This document shows positions 13,857-26,299 of a DNA stretch of 64,000 nucleotides, one piece after another; position 1 is the stretch's first letter; every line of letters starts with the position of its first letter. Position numbers and translations under genes: made by a program. The stretch comes from Camelus ferus (lineage: Eukaryota), in NCBI RefSeq assembly GCF_009834535.1, contig NC_045697.1:66652001-66716000 (forward strand), in the 5' to 3' direction. A model generated the notes under the pieces. The model was not told the origin of the DNA. It searched no databases and saw only the letters and a program-made list of their open reading frames with translations.

Positions 13857-16264
13857 AAAATCAGGTGTGGTGGGTACATTGAAAAAGGAAAAGGGATGTT
13901 AATTCTGTTTTGTATTAGTTGAAAGGCATTAGGACAAATTCTTCTAAACGTAGTAACAAACAAAAGCACCTTCCCAATATGTAAGCAAACTCTTCTTTCT
14001 AAAGAGCAGTTATTTCAACTTTTTATAAACGTAAAATATTGCCCAGAATTTTTAAGGTTTTTTTTTTTTTATAGCTTTTTGATTGTTTTTATTGAAATGC
14101 TTGTTGTCTCTTGTTAAATGACTGCATTAATTATACAGCTTTGGGCCAGCTTCTCAACCTTTTCCAGAAGAAGCCCCCGGTTTCCATTAAAGAGTTTTAT
14201 GGGGGCTCCCCACACGTCAGATTTCACACAGCCAGCTATACTGGCTTTTTATAAAGGTCTTTGAATGCAATGCCAAGGCCTCCCACTAATTGTTTTATGG
14301 GCTCAGTGTGGGATCTGCATCCCTGACTGAGGAAGCCCCGCGTTAAAAGACTGTGGGAGTAAGGAGCTGTCAAACATACCCAGAAAGAGCAGTAAAAAAA
14401 AAAAAAAAAAATCCTGGTTAGCTGTACTGTTGTTGCCAAGGAGCGTAAGCAGAGCACAAAACATGCCAAATGCTGACTGATTTTAAACAGTCACCCCTAT
14501 TTCAGAGAATACTCACTTCATTACATTTTTTTGGGACAAAAATCAAATCACAAATAGCTCCATAATTTGAGTGCTCATTTGAAAGTTTGGCACTGTATTT
14601 CCAAGGGGTGAAAAAAAAATACAGCTAACTAAATATTTTTATGTGTTCTGTTAACTCATCATGGTTATCTGCGAACATTTAGTCTTGGAATAATGTGTTC
14701 AGAGTTCTTTGCTTCATTATCTTATTTCCTCTGAAAAGGTTAAGGAAGTGTTTTTACCCCCTATGAACCACTAAATTGCATGTATCTACACTAAAAGTAA
14801 ATTCTAAACTTTAAAGAAGTAGTGGCAGAATTGAAACTTTTACCTCCTCTCCAGGCCCCGATGTTGAGTCTTGTCAGTCTCCAGCAGTCTTCTTGGGATT
14901 CTGAACCTGCTTTTCCTCTAGACACTGAAACAGGACATTTTTGAGGTACAGTATGAACTTAGAGGATGTTTTTAGCTTGGTTAATGTTGACCTGTGAACA
15001 GAAATAATTGAGTCACTTCAATAAGGCCTAGAGTAGAAATAGTGTATTCTGGAGGAAGGAAAATGCAACCTGTGCCCTTGCAGGTTAATGGCATTAAAAC
15101 TAATGACATACTGAGATTTTTGTGAATTTCCAAATATCTTTTTGGAAACTTGAAGGAGAAAAGTGAGTAGAGTCCTTTGTAATCAAAATACGCGCATTAA
15201 AAAATGATTCTCGTACTTTAAATAATCTTGAATTAGCAATTCTTTATGAAAAAATTATTCTCCTTTTCTTAGCATGTTTCTTATGTGTAACATGTGGCTA
15301 CTACTTGTATATGGTGCGTGTGTATGATATTTATATACTATTCTGTTTACTATTAATAATACAGTAGGAATGTGTAATGTATAGAGCAAACCACAAGTAA
15401 AACATTGTATAAAGTGTGAAATGAGTTTGATTTTGCTAACTACAAAAGGTAATTTCAATTTTCTGTTAATAGTCTTTTGTCCATACAACTATGATATTTT
15501 TCCCTTGAAAGCTGGACAAAATCCAAAGCAGAGAACCCTTGATGGTAATTTCTTCATCACTGTGACTCTAAGAAATTCTTCTCTCAGTTATATATATATA
15601 TATAGTTATCTTTTATGTAAAATAACTTGAGTTGGCCTGCTATTTTATTTACTGTATGAAAAATTACCCTTAATGCCAGGTTTCACCTCTGGATGGCCCC
15701 TTGCTATATCATTATTGTGAATAAGAATCAACTTAGTAGTGTGATCCATAAAACCAACCATGCTTCTGTCTATTAAAGATAAACGTATCTTTTACAACTT
15801 CTTCTATGAGCTTAAATGTGTCATTTGTAATTCAAACTCCAAGTTATGAAATCTATTCATCATTGCCAACATTTTTTCTGTAGATTGTACTAAATTTTTC
15901 CCTTCATTTTGAATTCCGAGGGACCAGATTATAGGGTGCTCACCACTGCGTCTGTGTTGCCATTCGATTCCTCCATCCCACTGGAACTTCCATCAAAAGT
16001 GCTATTTCATTGACTCATGTTCCATTGTGTGTCTCTAAAATGCTTACAGTCATGCAGGATATCCGTCTGTGTAACTAACCAGTCTTTAGCCAGCTTGCTT
16101 CTCTTCATCAGACACTTTGTTTTATCATTGTTCTATTGAATGTCCTTCTGTGTATTTTTGAGGTACATGATGGTAAAGTTTGACAGTGAAAAAGAAACTG
16201 CCACTTCATTAACAGAATTCATAATAGTGTTCTGAGTTGTTTTCAATTAGTATATTACAAGTTA

Positions 16265-16450
16265 ACATATATTTAATACTTTCTCAATTTCAAATGCACT
16301 TCATATATGTATTTATCTCTTCTAATCCTGTAGAGGTAGCATTGTTATTCCTATTTGCAGATGAGAAAATTTAATCTTATGGAAGTTAAGAAACTATCCC
16401 ATAGTCACATAGCAAGTAAGCAGAGTTGGGATATGAATGCAACAGGCTAT
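16265..16450 (-). mobile_element. MIR SINE
   Basis: 'aatcctgtagaggtagcattgttattcctatttgcagatgagaaaatt...gttaagaaactatcccatagtcacatagc'. Confidence 0.85.
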
Positions 16451-16453
16451 GTA

Positions 16454-16665
16454 CAGTCATCCCTCAGTACCCAGGGGGAGGGAGGGTTGGTACCAGGACT
16501 CACCACAGGTACCAAAATCCACTGGTGCTCAGGCCTCATGGTTGGCCCTCTGTATCTGTGGATAAGGAACCGTAGACAGGGAGGGCTGACTGTATAGTTA
16601 CTGGAAGAAATCCATGTATAAGTGGACCCTTGCAATTCAGACCCATGTTGTCCAAAGGTCAGCTG
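16454..16665. mobile_element. Tigger2-derived MITE (MER8/MER2-like)
   Basis: TA flanks; starts cagtcatccctcagtacc, ends tgtccaaaggtcagctg; internal 'taccaaaatcc' and 'tataagtggaccc' match MER8/MER2. Confidence 0.85.
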
Positions 16666-16814
16666 TACTCTGAAATTGTATGTTTATGAAAGGAAGTATT
16701 GAAACTGAAGGGATTGTGTAGATTTTTTTCTGTGGTGATTGTTGTCTGGTTTATAGAGACTGCTTTTGGGTAACTTATACTAATAATATATGTACAATAA
16801 TTGTTGAATGAATT

Positions 16815-16912
16815 CCAGAGACCTGGGTTCAAGTTCTGGCCTTTAGATTGGATACTGATAAATGATTGAACCTTCTTGGACTTAAGTTTCTCAGATAAAA
16901 AAATAATGTATT
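16815..16912 (+). mobile_element. MIR fragment
   Basis: 'agagacctgggttcaagttctggc...aaccttcttggacttaagtttctca'. Confidence 0.6.
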
Positions 16913-16915
16913 TAG

Positions 16916-18167
16916 GTGTTGGAAAAACTGGACATCTACGTGCAAGAGAATGAAATTGGACCGTTATCTTGCATCGGATACAAAAATTAGCTCAAAATGG
17001 GTTAAGGACTTAAATATAACACTGAAGCTGTACAGCTCCTAGAAGAAAATGTAGGGGAAAAGCTTCATATCATTAATCTTGGCAATGGTTTCATGGAAAT
17101 GACTCAAAAAGCATGGGCAGCAAAAACAAACAAGTGGGACTACTACTACTGCACAACAAAGGAAATGACAACAGCATAAAAGGGCAGACTGCAGAATGGG
17201 AGAAAATATTTGCAAACCATTTGTCTGACAACAGTTCATCTCCAAAACAAACATGTAAGAAACTCCTATAATTCAATAGCAAAAAAACTAATAGCCTGCT
17301 TAAAAGTGGGTTTTGAATCTGAATAGGCATTTATCCAAAGAAGACAAACAAATGGCCAACAGGTATATAAAAAATGTTCAATGTCACTAGTCATTGTGGA
17401 AAAGCAAATCAAAACCACAGCGAGATAATCACCTCATACCTGTCAGGATGGTGATTATTTAAAAAAAAAAAAGTGTTGACAAGGATGTGGAGAAACTGGA
17501 ACCCATGCACAGCTGGTGGGAATGCAAAATGGGAGCTGCTATGGAAAATAATAAAGAGGCTTCTTAAAAATTTGAAATAGAACTACCATGTGATCCAGAC
17601 ACTCTAAGTCTGGATATTTATCCAAATAATTGATACCAGGATCTCTAAAAGATATTAGCACTTCCATGTTGATTGCAGAACTAGTCATAATACCCAAAAT
17701 GGAAAAAACCTAAATGTCCACTGACAGACAGATAAATAAAGAAAATATGGTGCATGCACACTGGAATACTATTTAGCCTTAAAAAAGAAGGAAATTTTGC
17801 AATATGTGACAAAATAAATGAACCTTGAGGACATTATGCTAATTGAAATAATCCAGTGTGGGAAAGACAAATTGCATGATACCCCTTACATGGGACATCT
17901 AAAATAGTAAAATTCATAGACTCAAAGAATAGAATGGTGGTTGCCAGGGGCTGGGGAGAGGGCAAAGTGGGGAGTTACTGATCAGCAGGCATGGGTTTTA
18001 GTGATACAGGATGAACCAGCTCTAGTGATCTGCTGTACAGCATTGTGCCTTGAGTCAACGATACTGTATTTCACACTTAACAAGAGATCTACCCACTTAA
18101 CACATTTTAAGTGTTCTTACCACAATAAAATAACATTAAAATTTTTTAATATGAAAAAGGAAAAATA
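16916..18167 (+). mobile_element. 5'-truncated L1 (L1MA10/L1MB-like), ORF2 C-terminus and 3' UTR
   Basis: 'ggaaaaactggacatctacgtgcaagagaatgaaattggacc', 'gaatgggagaaaatatttgcaaaccat', 'gaaccttgaggacattatgctaa', then 'gttcttaccacaataaaa' and an A-rich tail. Confidence 0.95.
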
Positions 18168-19129
18168 ACAAGTTTGGATGAGGTATTTTGGTGTACTAAG
18201 AGCAGACATGCTCTTCCTGGAGGTGTAATAGTGGGAGGAGGGAGTGCTTATAAAACCTCCTTTGCTCTGTTTGTTCCTACCCCAAGGCAGTTAGAAATGT
18301 ACTAGATGAGATGATCTTTCAGCTCCGGGGTAAGCTGGGTTCCAGATCTCTTTGGCTACAATCTTTTGAAAGGCCTCACTTGGACTGGGCCTTAGGAGAA
18401 TCTACCGCATGGACCTAAATACTGTGATGAGTAAACCCCTCTTGGTTGGTGGATGAAGGGGGTGTGGCTAGCCTCCAGCACTCAGTTGTCCCCCATTATT
18501 ATGGGACCCAGTTGAAGGGTGTTATGTTTCAACTCGTGTATGCTGTTCTGGGAACTATGGAATTCTCCTTCATATTTGGAAGAAATTCCTCTTCATTCTG
18601 AGGAAAGCTTTCCTTTTCCTCCCTGCCCTTTGGCATTTAAAACATTTACTTGATCTATTTCTACTACTTCTATTTGGCAACTGTAGTTACTTGTCTTCAC
18701 TTTTCCTGGAACAAGCAAGTTAAAGTTGGAGCTGTAGAATGCTGAAATCATCCTATCAGCTGAACTGTTTCCTTGTATAGTGACTTCTTGGTCTTATATT
18801 TCTAGGCAAAGCTTAAACTGTACTCATAAATTAGAGAAAAATAGTATTAATTTTTTTTTGCTTCACATTTCTTGAGATTACAAAATCTGGAGGAGATGGG
18901 AAAGATAGATGTAAGAGCCTGTTGGGAGACCTAGTCCTCTACTACCTGAATTTGAAAAAAGGACATTTGGTGGCATTTTGCTTCATTTAGATGTAAATTT
19001 ATTCTTGTTCACCCCACCATAATCTTTAAAAACAGTCTATAAAAAAGGGCAGAGGCAAAAGTCTCAGATTATAGGAATAGAATGTGTCCCAGACTTGATT
19101 GGGGTTGGGGTGGGGCGTGGACTATTTGC

Positions 19130-19621
19130 CTACCTCTGCAGCATTCATTTGCCACCTTCTTTCCTACCAGTAAATAGTTTGCTTCTGAATATCCATGAAT
19201 TTCCAGGAGAGCAGACTTTTACCTTCTGCATATAATTTAGATCAAGACAATCAGGGTATTTCATTTTTCTGGCTCTAGTGATGCTTGTAGGGTGAATATG
19301 TGACCTAGGCCGTTTCAGTCAAACTGAATCACAGAGCTTTGTTTTAGCATTTTAGAACAACAGTGCTTTCTTTCTTTCTTTGTGAACTTGGGGAACGGGA
19401 GTATTTTGCCTCGGGAGTTGCTAGTCCCAGTGTTAGAATAATGGGTTAAGATGGTATAGTTGAGAAATGGGTCCCTGGTTATTTCATTGAACTGTTTCAT
19501 CAAGCCTTACCTGAAGCTCATTCTGCTTCACAACTTTTCAGTTATGGGGACCAGTAAATCTGCTTCACGTGTAACTTAGCTTGAATAAATCATTGCCAGC
19601 AAAAGAATTTTGGCTGATACA
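19130..19621 (+). mobile_element. Old MLT1 (K/L-like) LTR
   Basis: 'atgtgacctaggcc', 'atcaagccttacctgaagc', 'acttttcagttatg', ending 'ggctgataca'. Confidence 0.65.
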
Positions 19622-21181
19622 TGAAAGCCTTTGTACTTTTGCCTAGACCTTCCTAATTTAGTTTACTTTCCTAGAAGCAAACTTTCCGATCTGTTTAGAC
19701 ATGAGTTCCTTCACCTATTAAATGCAGAGTTTGTATCGAACTGTCCAAAATATCCATTGGATCACTTTTTCTCCCTTCTTCCATGTAGTGGAAGTTGAAT
19801 CTGTTAGGTCAGAAATTTGTCACCCTCTCTCTTCTTATTTAGACCTATCCTGCTGCAGTCCAGACTCTAGGAGTGTGGATTCCTTCAGTACCATACATAG
19901 AATAGCATAAATGTCATATACTTTTGGTCAATTTTACAATGTATGATTACTTCTTTCCATTTTTATCCAAGCAATAAATACTTTATAGACACACAAGCTT
20001 AGGGAAAGAGAAGGACGTAAGAACGATGAAGCATGAATGTTTTCCTGTTAATCTATAATTAAGAAACAGCAGATGACTACAGGGAAAGCTAAGAATTAAT
20101 GATTCCAAAGATAACCAGTCTGTCCCAATATAAATCAGTTGATTTTGCTGTTTTTTTTTTTTTAATAACACGCTGGCTCCCTAACCTAGCCAGCTATATC
20201 CTAAATGTTGTCAATAGTTAAAATAATTATTTGAGAATAGTATCATGGATCAGCTCAAAACTTGAACCTAGTGTTAGAGAGACAACTTAGATGCCTTAGG
20301 GATACTATAAGTCCAGGTCAAATTATCATGTAAAGGAAAGCACAGAAATGCATTGAAACTTGGACATGGTACTAGGGGAATATTAATAGAATTTGGATGT
20401 TCATAAGGACTTTAACACTGTTCAAGAAGATAAGACGAAGAACCAAGTAGATTTTTAAAGCCGAATGGTTGATTGTGGTGGAGGAGTGGTATTAGTGGGA
20501 ATTAACATTTATTGAATTGTGCCAAACAGTGACAGGTCCAATGAAGGCTTTATATGAATTCAGTGAATGGTAATTTGTAGCAATGTAATTTCATGAAGCA
20601 AAGATCTCTTGCAAGGCACAATTTTTTCTTTTTTTCTTATTTTTTAATGACATTTTGTTATGTGTGACTCAGTGATGAATGACTTTGTAAAATAGGTGTG
20701 TTCCTCCAGATTGCACTGTGGGACATTTAATTATTTTTCTTCTGAACAGATGTTTTATAGATTTTGCAAAATTTGTACCAAATTCTTCTTGGTCTTAGCC
20801 ATAAACATCATTGTATTTAGACCTATATTGCTGTACTTCTTCTGTTATGCTTGCTAGCTAGATTTTAGCAATGAGTTTTCCTGCATTTTAAGATACTACT
20901 TAAATTAAAAATGTTAAATTCTACAGTTTTTCTTTAAGGCCAACCAAAATTTTAGCCTAGAGGAGTTTGCCCTGCAGTTCAGATGCATCTGCTATTTTGA
21001 GTGGATGCTCCGGGGACCTGTCTTATTTTGTTTCTCTCAAGAACACCTTGTTAAATTTGGTGATCATGTCCAAAGTCAGCAATGCATGCTGTTTCATGAG
21101 TTATTTGGCTATACATTGAGTTGCATTTTTTAAAGTTGTCACTATTTTCATTGAATCTTAGTGTTATATTGATTTATAGCT

Positions 21182-21211
21182 TGTGTGTATGTGTGTGTGT
21201 GTGTGTGTGTG
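21182..21211. repeat. (TG)n microsatellite
   Basis: tgtgtgtatgtgtgtgtgtgtgtgtgtgtg. Confidence 0.9.
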
Positions 21212-21689
21212 AGAGATGGCTACATTTGCTTTTTGCATTTAAAAAAATAGTTACAATAGTACCTTTGAATGGTGTTCATAAGGTGAAAATCTAGTAGATA
21301 AAGTTTAGAAAACAAATGACCTCAAATTAACTTGGGTGTTGGCTTTTAAAAAACATTTTAATTTAAAGCATTTTATTTTATTTTTGAAACTTAGTAAAAC
21401 GATAATTTTCCCCGTGGTAGAATGATCAGAGTTACTTTGAACAAGATAGTTCCTCTTTCAAAATTAACCTGATATTTACTTTATTTGCTTGAAAGTTATT
21501 TGTATATAATTTATTCATCCAAAGTTCTTAAGGTTCATTGACAATAACTGGTAAACTGGGATGATCTGCGCACAACCAGTGCAAGTCCCAGTCTTAGTGC
21601 ACAAGAAAGGGGTAATAAAAGCTGTGGTGGACAGAGCAGTTCATTCACTCCTTGATGGATTGCTTTGCTTCCAGACCTGCATTAATGCA

Positions 21690-22500
21690 TTAACATTTTC
21701 AACTGCATTCTGCAAATACTGACAGTATTACTATAATCAGATCATTAGGTGCCTCTAGATGAGAAATAGCTGTGACATGTTTTCTGTCCCTCATGGAGCC
21801 AATGGATTACCGGTGGCAAAATGTAAAAGCAAAACCAAGCAATATTCAGGACATACATAGAAACCATACAAGACACAGGTGTTCCATGGGGGCATGGTCA
21901 GAGGTAGATTGGGAAAAATAAAATTATGCAGGAACTGATGTTTTATCACTGAAACATCAAGCAGCCTTCCTGGGGAGGGGGATTGGGAGAAAGCAGCATT
22001 CCGTGGGCAGAAATGGCAAGAGTAAAGATATGGAAGTACAACTAGGAAACTGCAGAGAAATGAAGTTTCAGAATAGTAAGCCTTGAAGAAAACTGTCCTG
22101 TAATGTATCTGAAATGCCAGGGCAAGGATTGCTCACTTAATTTGCTGCTTAAAGGGGGACTACTCGGGGCTGAAAAAGTCACTTGGAACTGGGCTTTGTG
22201 CTGAGCAGTTGGACCTCTGCTTAGGAAGAACTGGCTTGCATTGGGAAGTTGCACACGTAGTGAAAAACCGAGCTGCGTCATGGCAGAGGTAATGGAAAGA
22301 AAGGCAAAATTCCTGACATACTGAATATGTGGAGTCCGTTGTATTTGGTGCATACTTGGATATAGAGGATGAGGAAGACTGGTGTTAAGGATGACTCCAA
22401 AGGTTGAGGCTGAGCTGCTCTGGAATGTTGGCTGTTTTATTAATAGAAGTTGAGAAGTCAAAGAAGGAGCTGTTTGTGGGGAGAAAATGTAGGAATTAGA
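21690..22500 (-). mobile_element. L2 fragments
   Basis: 'tgtccctcatggagcc', 'cagcattccgtgggcagaaatggcaagagtaaaga', 'gtgttaaggatgactccaaaggtt'. Confidence 0.7.
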
Positions 22501-22709
22501 TGGACTTCACATGCGCTTTTTTCCCATAGCTCTGGCAGAAATAGTCTCATCTGACAGTTAAACGCATGTGTGGGTTTTATTTTTTATATTAGTATCTGCA
22601 AGTCATTCTAATTTGTATGTGAAATTCTTTTATAAATTTCTTAGATTTGAAGTTACATACAAAAACTTGTATCACTGTGCGTGATAGCAGACCAATTACA
22701 TTTTTTTAC

Positions 22710-22810
22710 ATCTTTATTTAAAAAAATTTTTTTAGAGGTATAGTTGATTTACAGTGTTGTGTTTCTGGTGCACAGCAAAGTGATTCAGTTATACATATAC
22801 ATGTATATAC
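22710..22810 (-). mobile_element. Short L1 3' terminal fragment (artiodactyl/laurasiatherian type)
   Basis: 'gaggtatagttgatttacagtgttgtgtttctggtgcacagcaaagtgattcagttatacatata'. Confidence 0.85.
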
Positions 22811-22944
22811 AAGACTAGATGGGTCTACCTCTTGCTGTGTTGTGCAAATGAAGTGAAAGGCCTGAATTTTTTCCTAAAAGTTCTACAACGAGAAGATAAT
22901 ATTGTTGGCCAGATGCTGTGGAAAACAAATAGCTGGCTAGGACT

Positions 22945-23100
22945 ACTTTCTTTTTTTACTGTATAAGTTTCAGGTGCACAGCATTATAATTCGACATCTG
23001 TACACATTACAAGGTGATCACCTCCACAAGTATAGTCACCACCCATCACCATATAGTTGAACTTCTGTACCCATTTCACTTACCCTAGGCACTATTCCCT
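22945..23100 (-). mobile_element. L1 3' terminal fragment
   Basis: 'tgtataagtttcaggtgcacagcattataattcgacatctgtacacattac', similar to 7160-7290. Confidence 0.8.
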
Positions 23101-23475
23101 TTTTGCTACAGATATTAAAACATGTTTAGGAAGATGTATAAAACAGGGTTCTTGCTTTTGCTTTTTGATCTTTGGTTCATACCAGATATTTTACCTGCTT
23201 CTATCTTTATAAGCACTTTTATGCACCAATGTTATTTACAAACAATAACATGCAATTCTTTAGTTTCTATAAGCTCCTAGAACTCATTGAAATGTTCAAT
23301 GGGTGATATACGCAGACAAGTGAACTCATAATAAATACTTCCTGTACTGCCATTAATATTTAACAATAATCAATTGAACATTGAGTTGGGTAACTTTATT
23401 TAAAGTCTCATGGAATCTATGGCATGATTAAGTTTGATGTAATATTTGTATTTTATAAGTTTTACACTTGACATA

Positions 23476-25851
23476 CGGACATATCTTGAAGTTATTGCCG
23501 AGTTCAGTTCCAGACTACTGCAATAAAGTGAATATTGAAATAAAGTGAGTCACATGACATTTTTGGTTTCCCAGTGCATATAAAAGTTATGTTTATTATG
23601 CTGCAGTTAAGCATGCAATAGCATTGTGTCTAGAAAACAATATATATATCTTAAATTTAAAAATATTTTATTGCTAAAGCATATTAATCATCATCTGAAC
23701 CTTCAGCGAATCATAATCTTTTTGCCGGTGAAGGGTCTTGTCTTGATGTTGATGGCTGCTGACTTATTGGAATGGTAGTTGCTAAAGGCTGGGGTGGCTG
23801 TGGCAATTTCTTAAAATATGACAATAGTGAAGTTTGCCACATTGGTTGATCTTTCATGAGTGATTTCTCTGTAGCATGCAATGCTGTTTGATAGCACTTT
23901 AGATACAATAGAAGTTCTTTCAAAATTGAAGTCTGTCCTCTCAACCCTGTCACTGCTTTATCAATGAAGTTTACGTAGTATTCTAAATCCTATGTTGTTG
24001 TTTCAATAGTCTTCACAGCATCTTCACCAGGAATAGATTCTGTTTCAAGAAACCACTTTTATTACTCATCAGTAAGAAGCAACTCCTCATCCATTAAAGG
24101 TTCATCATGAGATTTCAGCAATTCAGTCACATCTTCAGGCTCCACTTCTAATTCTAGTTCTCTTGATGTTTCTACCACATCTGCAGTTCCTTCCTCCACT
24201 GAAGTCTTGAGCCCTTCAAACTCATTCATGAGGGTTGGATTCAGCTCCTTCCAAACTCCTGTTAATGTTGACATTTTGACCTCTTCCCATGAATCACAAA
24301 TGTTCTTAATGGCATCTAGAATAGTGAATCCTTTCCAGAGGGTTTTCAGTTAACTATGCCCAGATCCATCAGGGAATCACTATCTATGGCAGCTTTTAGC
24401 ATTATGAAATATATTTCTTGAATAAGACTTGAAAGTCAAAATGACTCAATGATCCATGGCCTGCAGAATGGATGTTGTGTTGGCAGGCATGGAGACACCA
24501 TGAATCTTATTCTGCATCTCCATCAGAGATCTTAGATGATGGTGCATTGCCAGTGAGCAGTTATATTTTGAAAGCACTCTTTTTTTTTTTTTTTTTAATG
24601 GTAGGTCAGTCTTGAGTAGGCTTGAAATATGCAGTAAACCATGTTGCAAGCAGATGTGTTGTCATTTGGGCTTTGTTCCATTTATGAAGCACAGGCAGAA
24701 TAGATTTAGTGTAACTTTTAAGGCCCTAGAATTTTTGGAATGGTAAACAAGCATTGGCTTCAACTTAAAGTCACCACTTGCATTAGCCCCTACCAAGAGA
24801 GTCAGCCTGTCTTCTGAAGCTCCGAAGCCAGACATTGACTTCTCTTCTCTAGCTATGAAAGTCTTTAATGGTGTCTTCTTCCAATAGAAGGCTGTTTGGT
24901 TTATATTGAAAATCTGTTTTGTGTAGCCACTTTCATTAATGGGATCTTAGCTAGATCTTCTGGATAACTTACTGCAGCTTCTACATTAGCACCTACTGCT
25001 TCACCTTGCACCTTTATGTTATGAAGATAGTTTATTTCCTTAAACCTCATGAACCAACCTCTGCCAGCATCAGACTTTTTTCTGCAGCTTCCTCTGCTTT
25101 CAGGATTCATAGAATTGAAGAGACTTAGGACCTTACTCTGGGTTAGGTTTGGCTTAAGGGACTGTTGTGGCTGGTTTGATCTTTACCCAGACCACGCAAA
25201 CTTTCTCCATATCAGCAATAAGACTGTTTTGTTTTCTTATCATTTGTGTGTTTACTGGAGTAGCACCTTTAATTTTCTGTAAGAACTTTCCCTTTGCATT
25301 CACAACTTGGCTGTTTGGCACAAGAGGCCTAGCTTTCAACCTACCTTGGGTTTCAACATGCCTTCTTTAGTAAGCTTAATCATTTCCCCCTTTTGATTTA
25401 AAGTGAGAGACTTGCAACTCTTCCCTTCATTTGAACACTTAGGGGCCATTGTAGGGTTTTTAATAGGCCTAATTTCAATACTGTGCCTCAGAGATGAGGG
25501 AGATCTAAAGAGAGACAGCAATGGGAGAACGGTCAGTTGGTGGAGCAGTCAGAGCCCACAGCACACTGATTAAGTTTGCTGTCTTACATGGGTTTAGTTC
25601 ATGGTGCCCCAAAACAATTATAATAGTAAATCAAAGATCACTCATCACAGATCACTCTAAAAATTTAATAATAAAATGAAAGAGTTTGAAATAGTGCAAG
25701 AATTACCAACCTGTGACAAAGAGACATGAAGTGAGCAAATGCTGCTGGAAAAATGGCTCTGATAGGGTTACTCAACACCAGATTGCCTTCATTAAAAAAT
25801 AGCATCTGTGAATCACAATAAAGCAAAGTGCAGTAAAATGAGATATGCCTG
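23476..25851 (-). mobile_element. Near full-length Tigger1 (pogo-like) DNA transposon with decayed transposase
   Basis: TA on both sides (23474-75, 25852-53); termini cggacatatcttg / tgagatatgcctg; transposase fragments on the minus strand ([75 protein letters not shown]). Confidence 0.96.
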
Positions 25852-26299
25852 TATTTTCCAAATGTTTTAGGTGTAAAGTGATTTTTTTTTATTCCCTTAA
25901 GACTCATTTAAAAAAACAAAAATGATTTATGACACAACTCACTGAATAGTTTTTATAACACACATACTTAAAATCAACCAAAGCCAGTGCCTCCTAACAA
26001 TTCCAGCTTCCTTCAACTGAGGAACATGAAACTTGGCTAAGGTGATGGTTTAAGAGATTCCCAAATAATCAGTGAGTGTCCTAGAGCACTTCTCTGACTT
26101 CCCACTGAGGTTTCAGTTGTAGTCAAAACCATCGTTAAACATTTGTTTGGAATTGCTTGGGCGATTGTGGCATATTTTAAAATTTTGAGCAGGGTGACAT
26201 GCAGTAGGAAAGTGTGAATTAGGATCAGTTGGAACATTTAATAAGTTCCAGAAACTATGCAATTTTCTGTTTTCACATCATATTTACTCTTCAGTAACT

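Noticed and set aside
20290..20470. Possible CR1/L3 fragment
   Set aside because: Similarity too weak to support by eye
22042..22461. 139-aa ORF, the longest in the track
   Set aside because: Lies in decayed L2 sequence; no recognisable protein or splice context
23711..25521. Transposase-like ORFs as a domesticated TIGD gene
   Set aside because: Split over many short frames with stops and bounded by TIRs and TA; an ordinary decayed Tigger1
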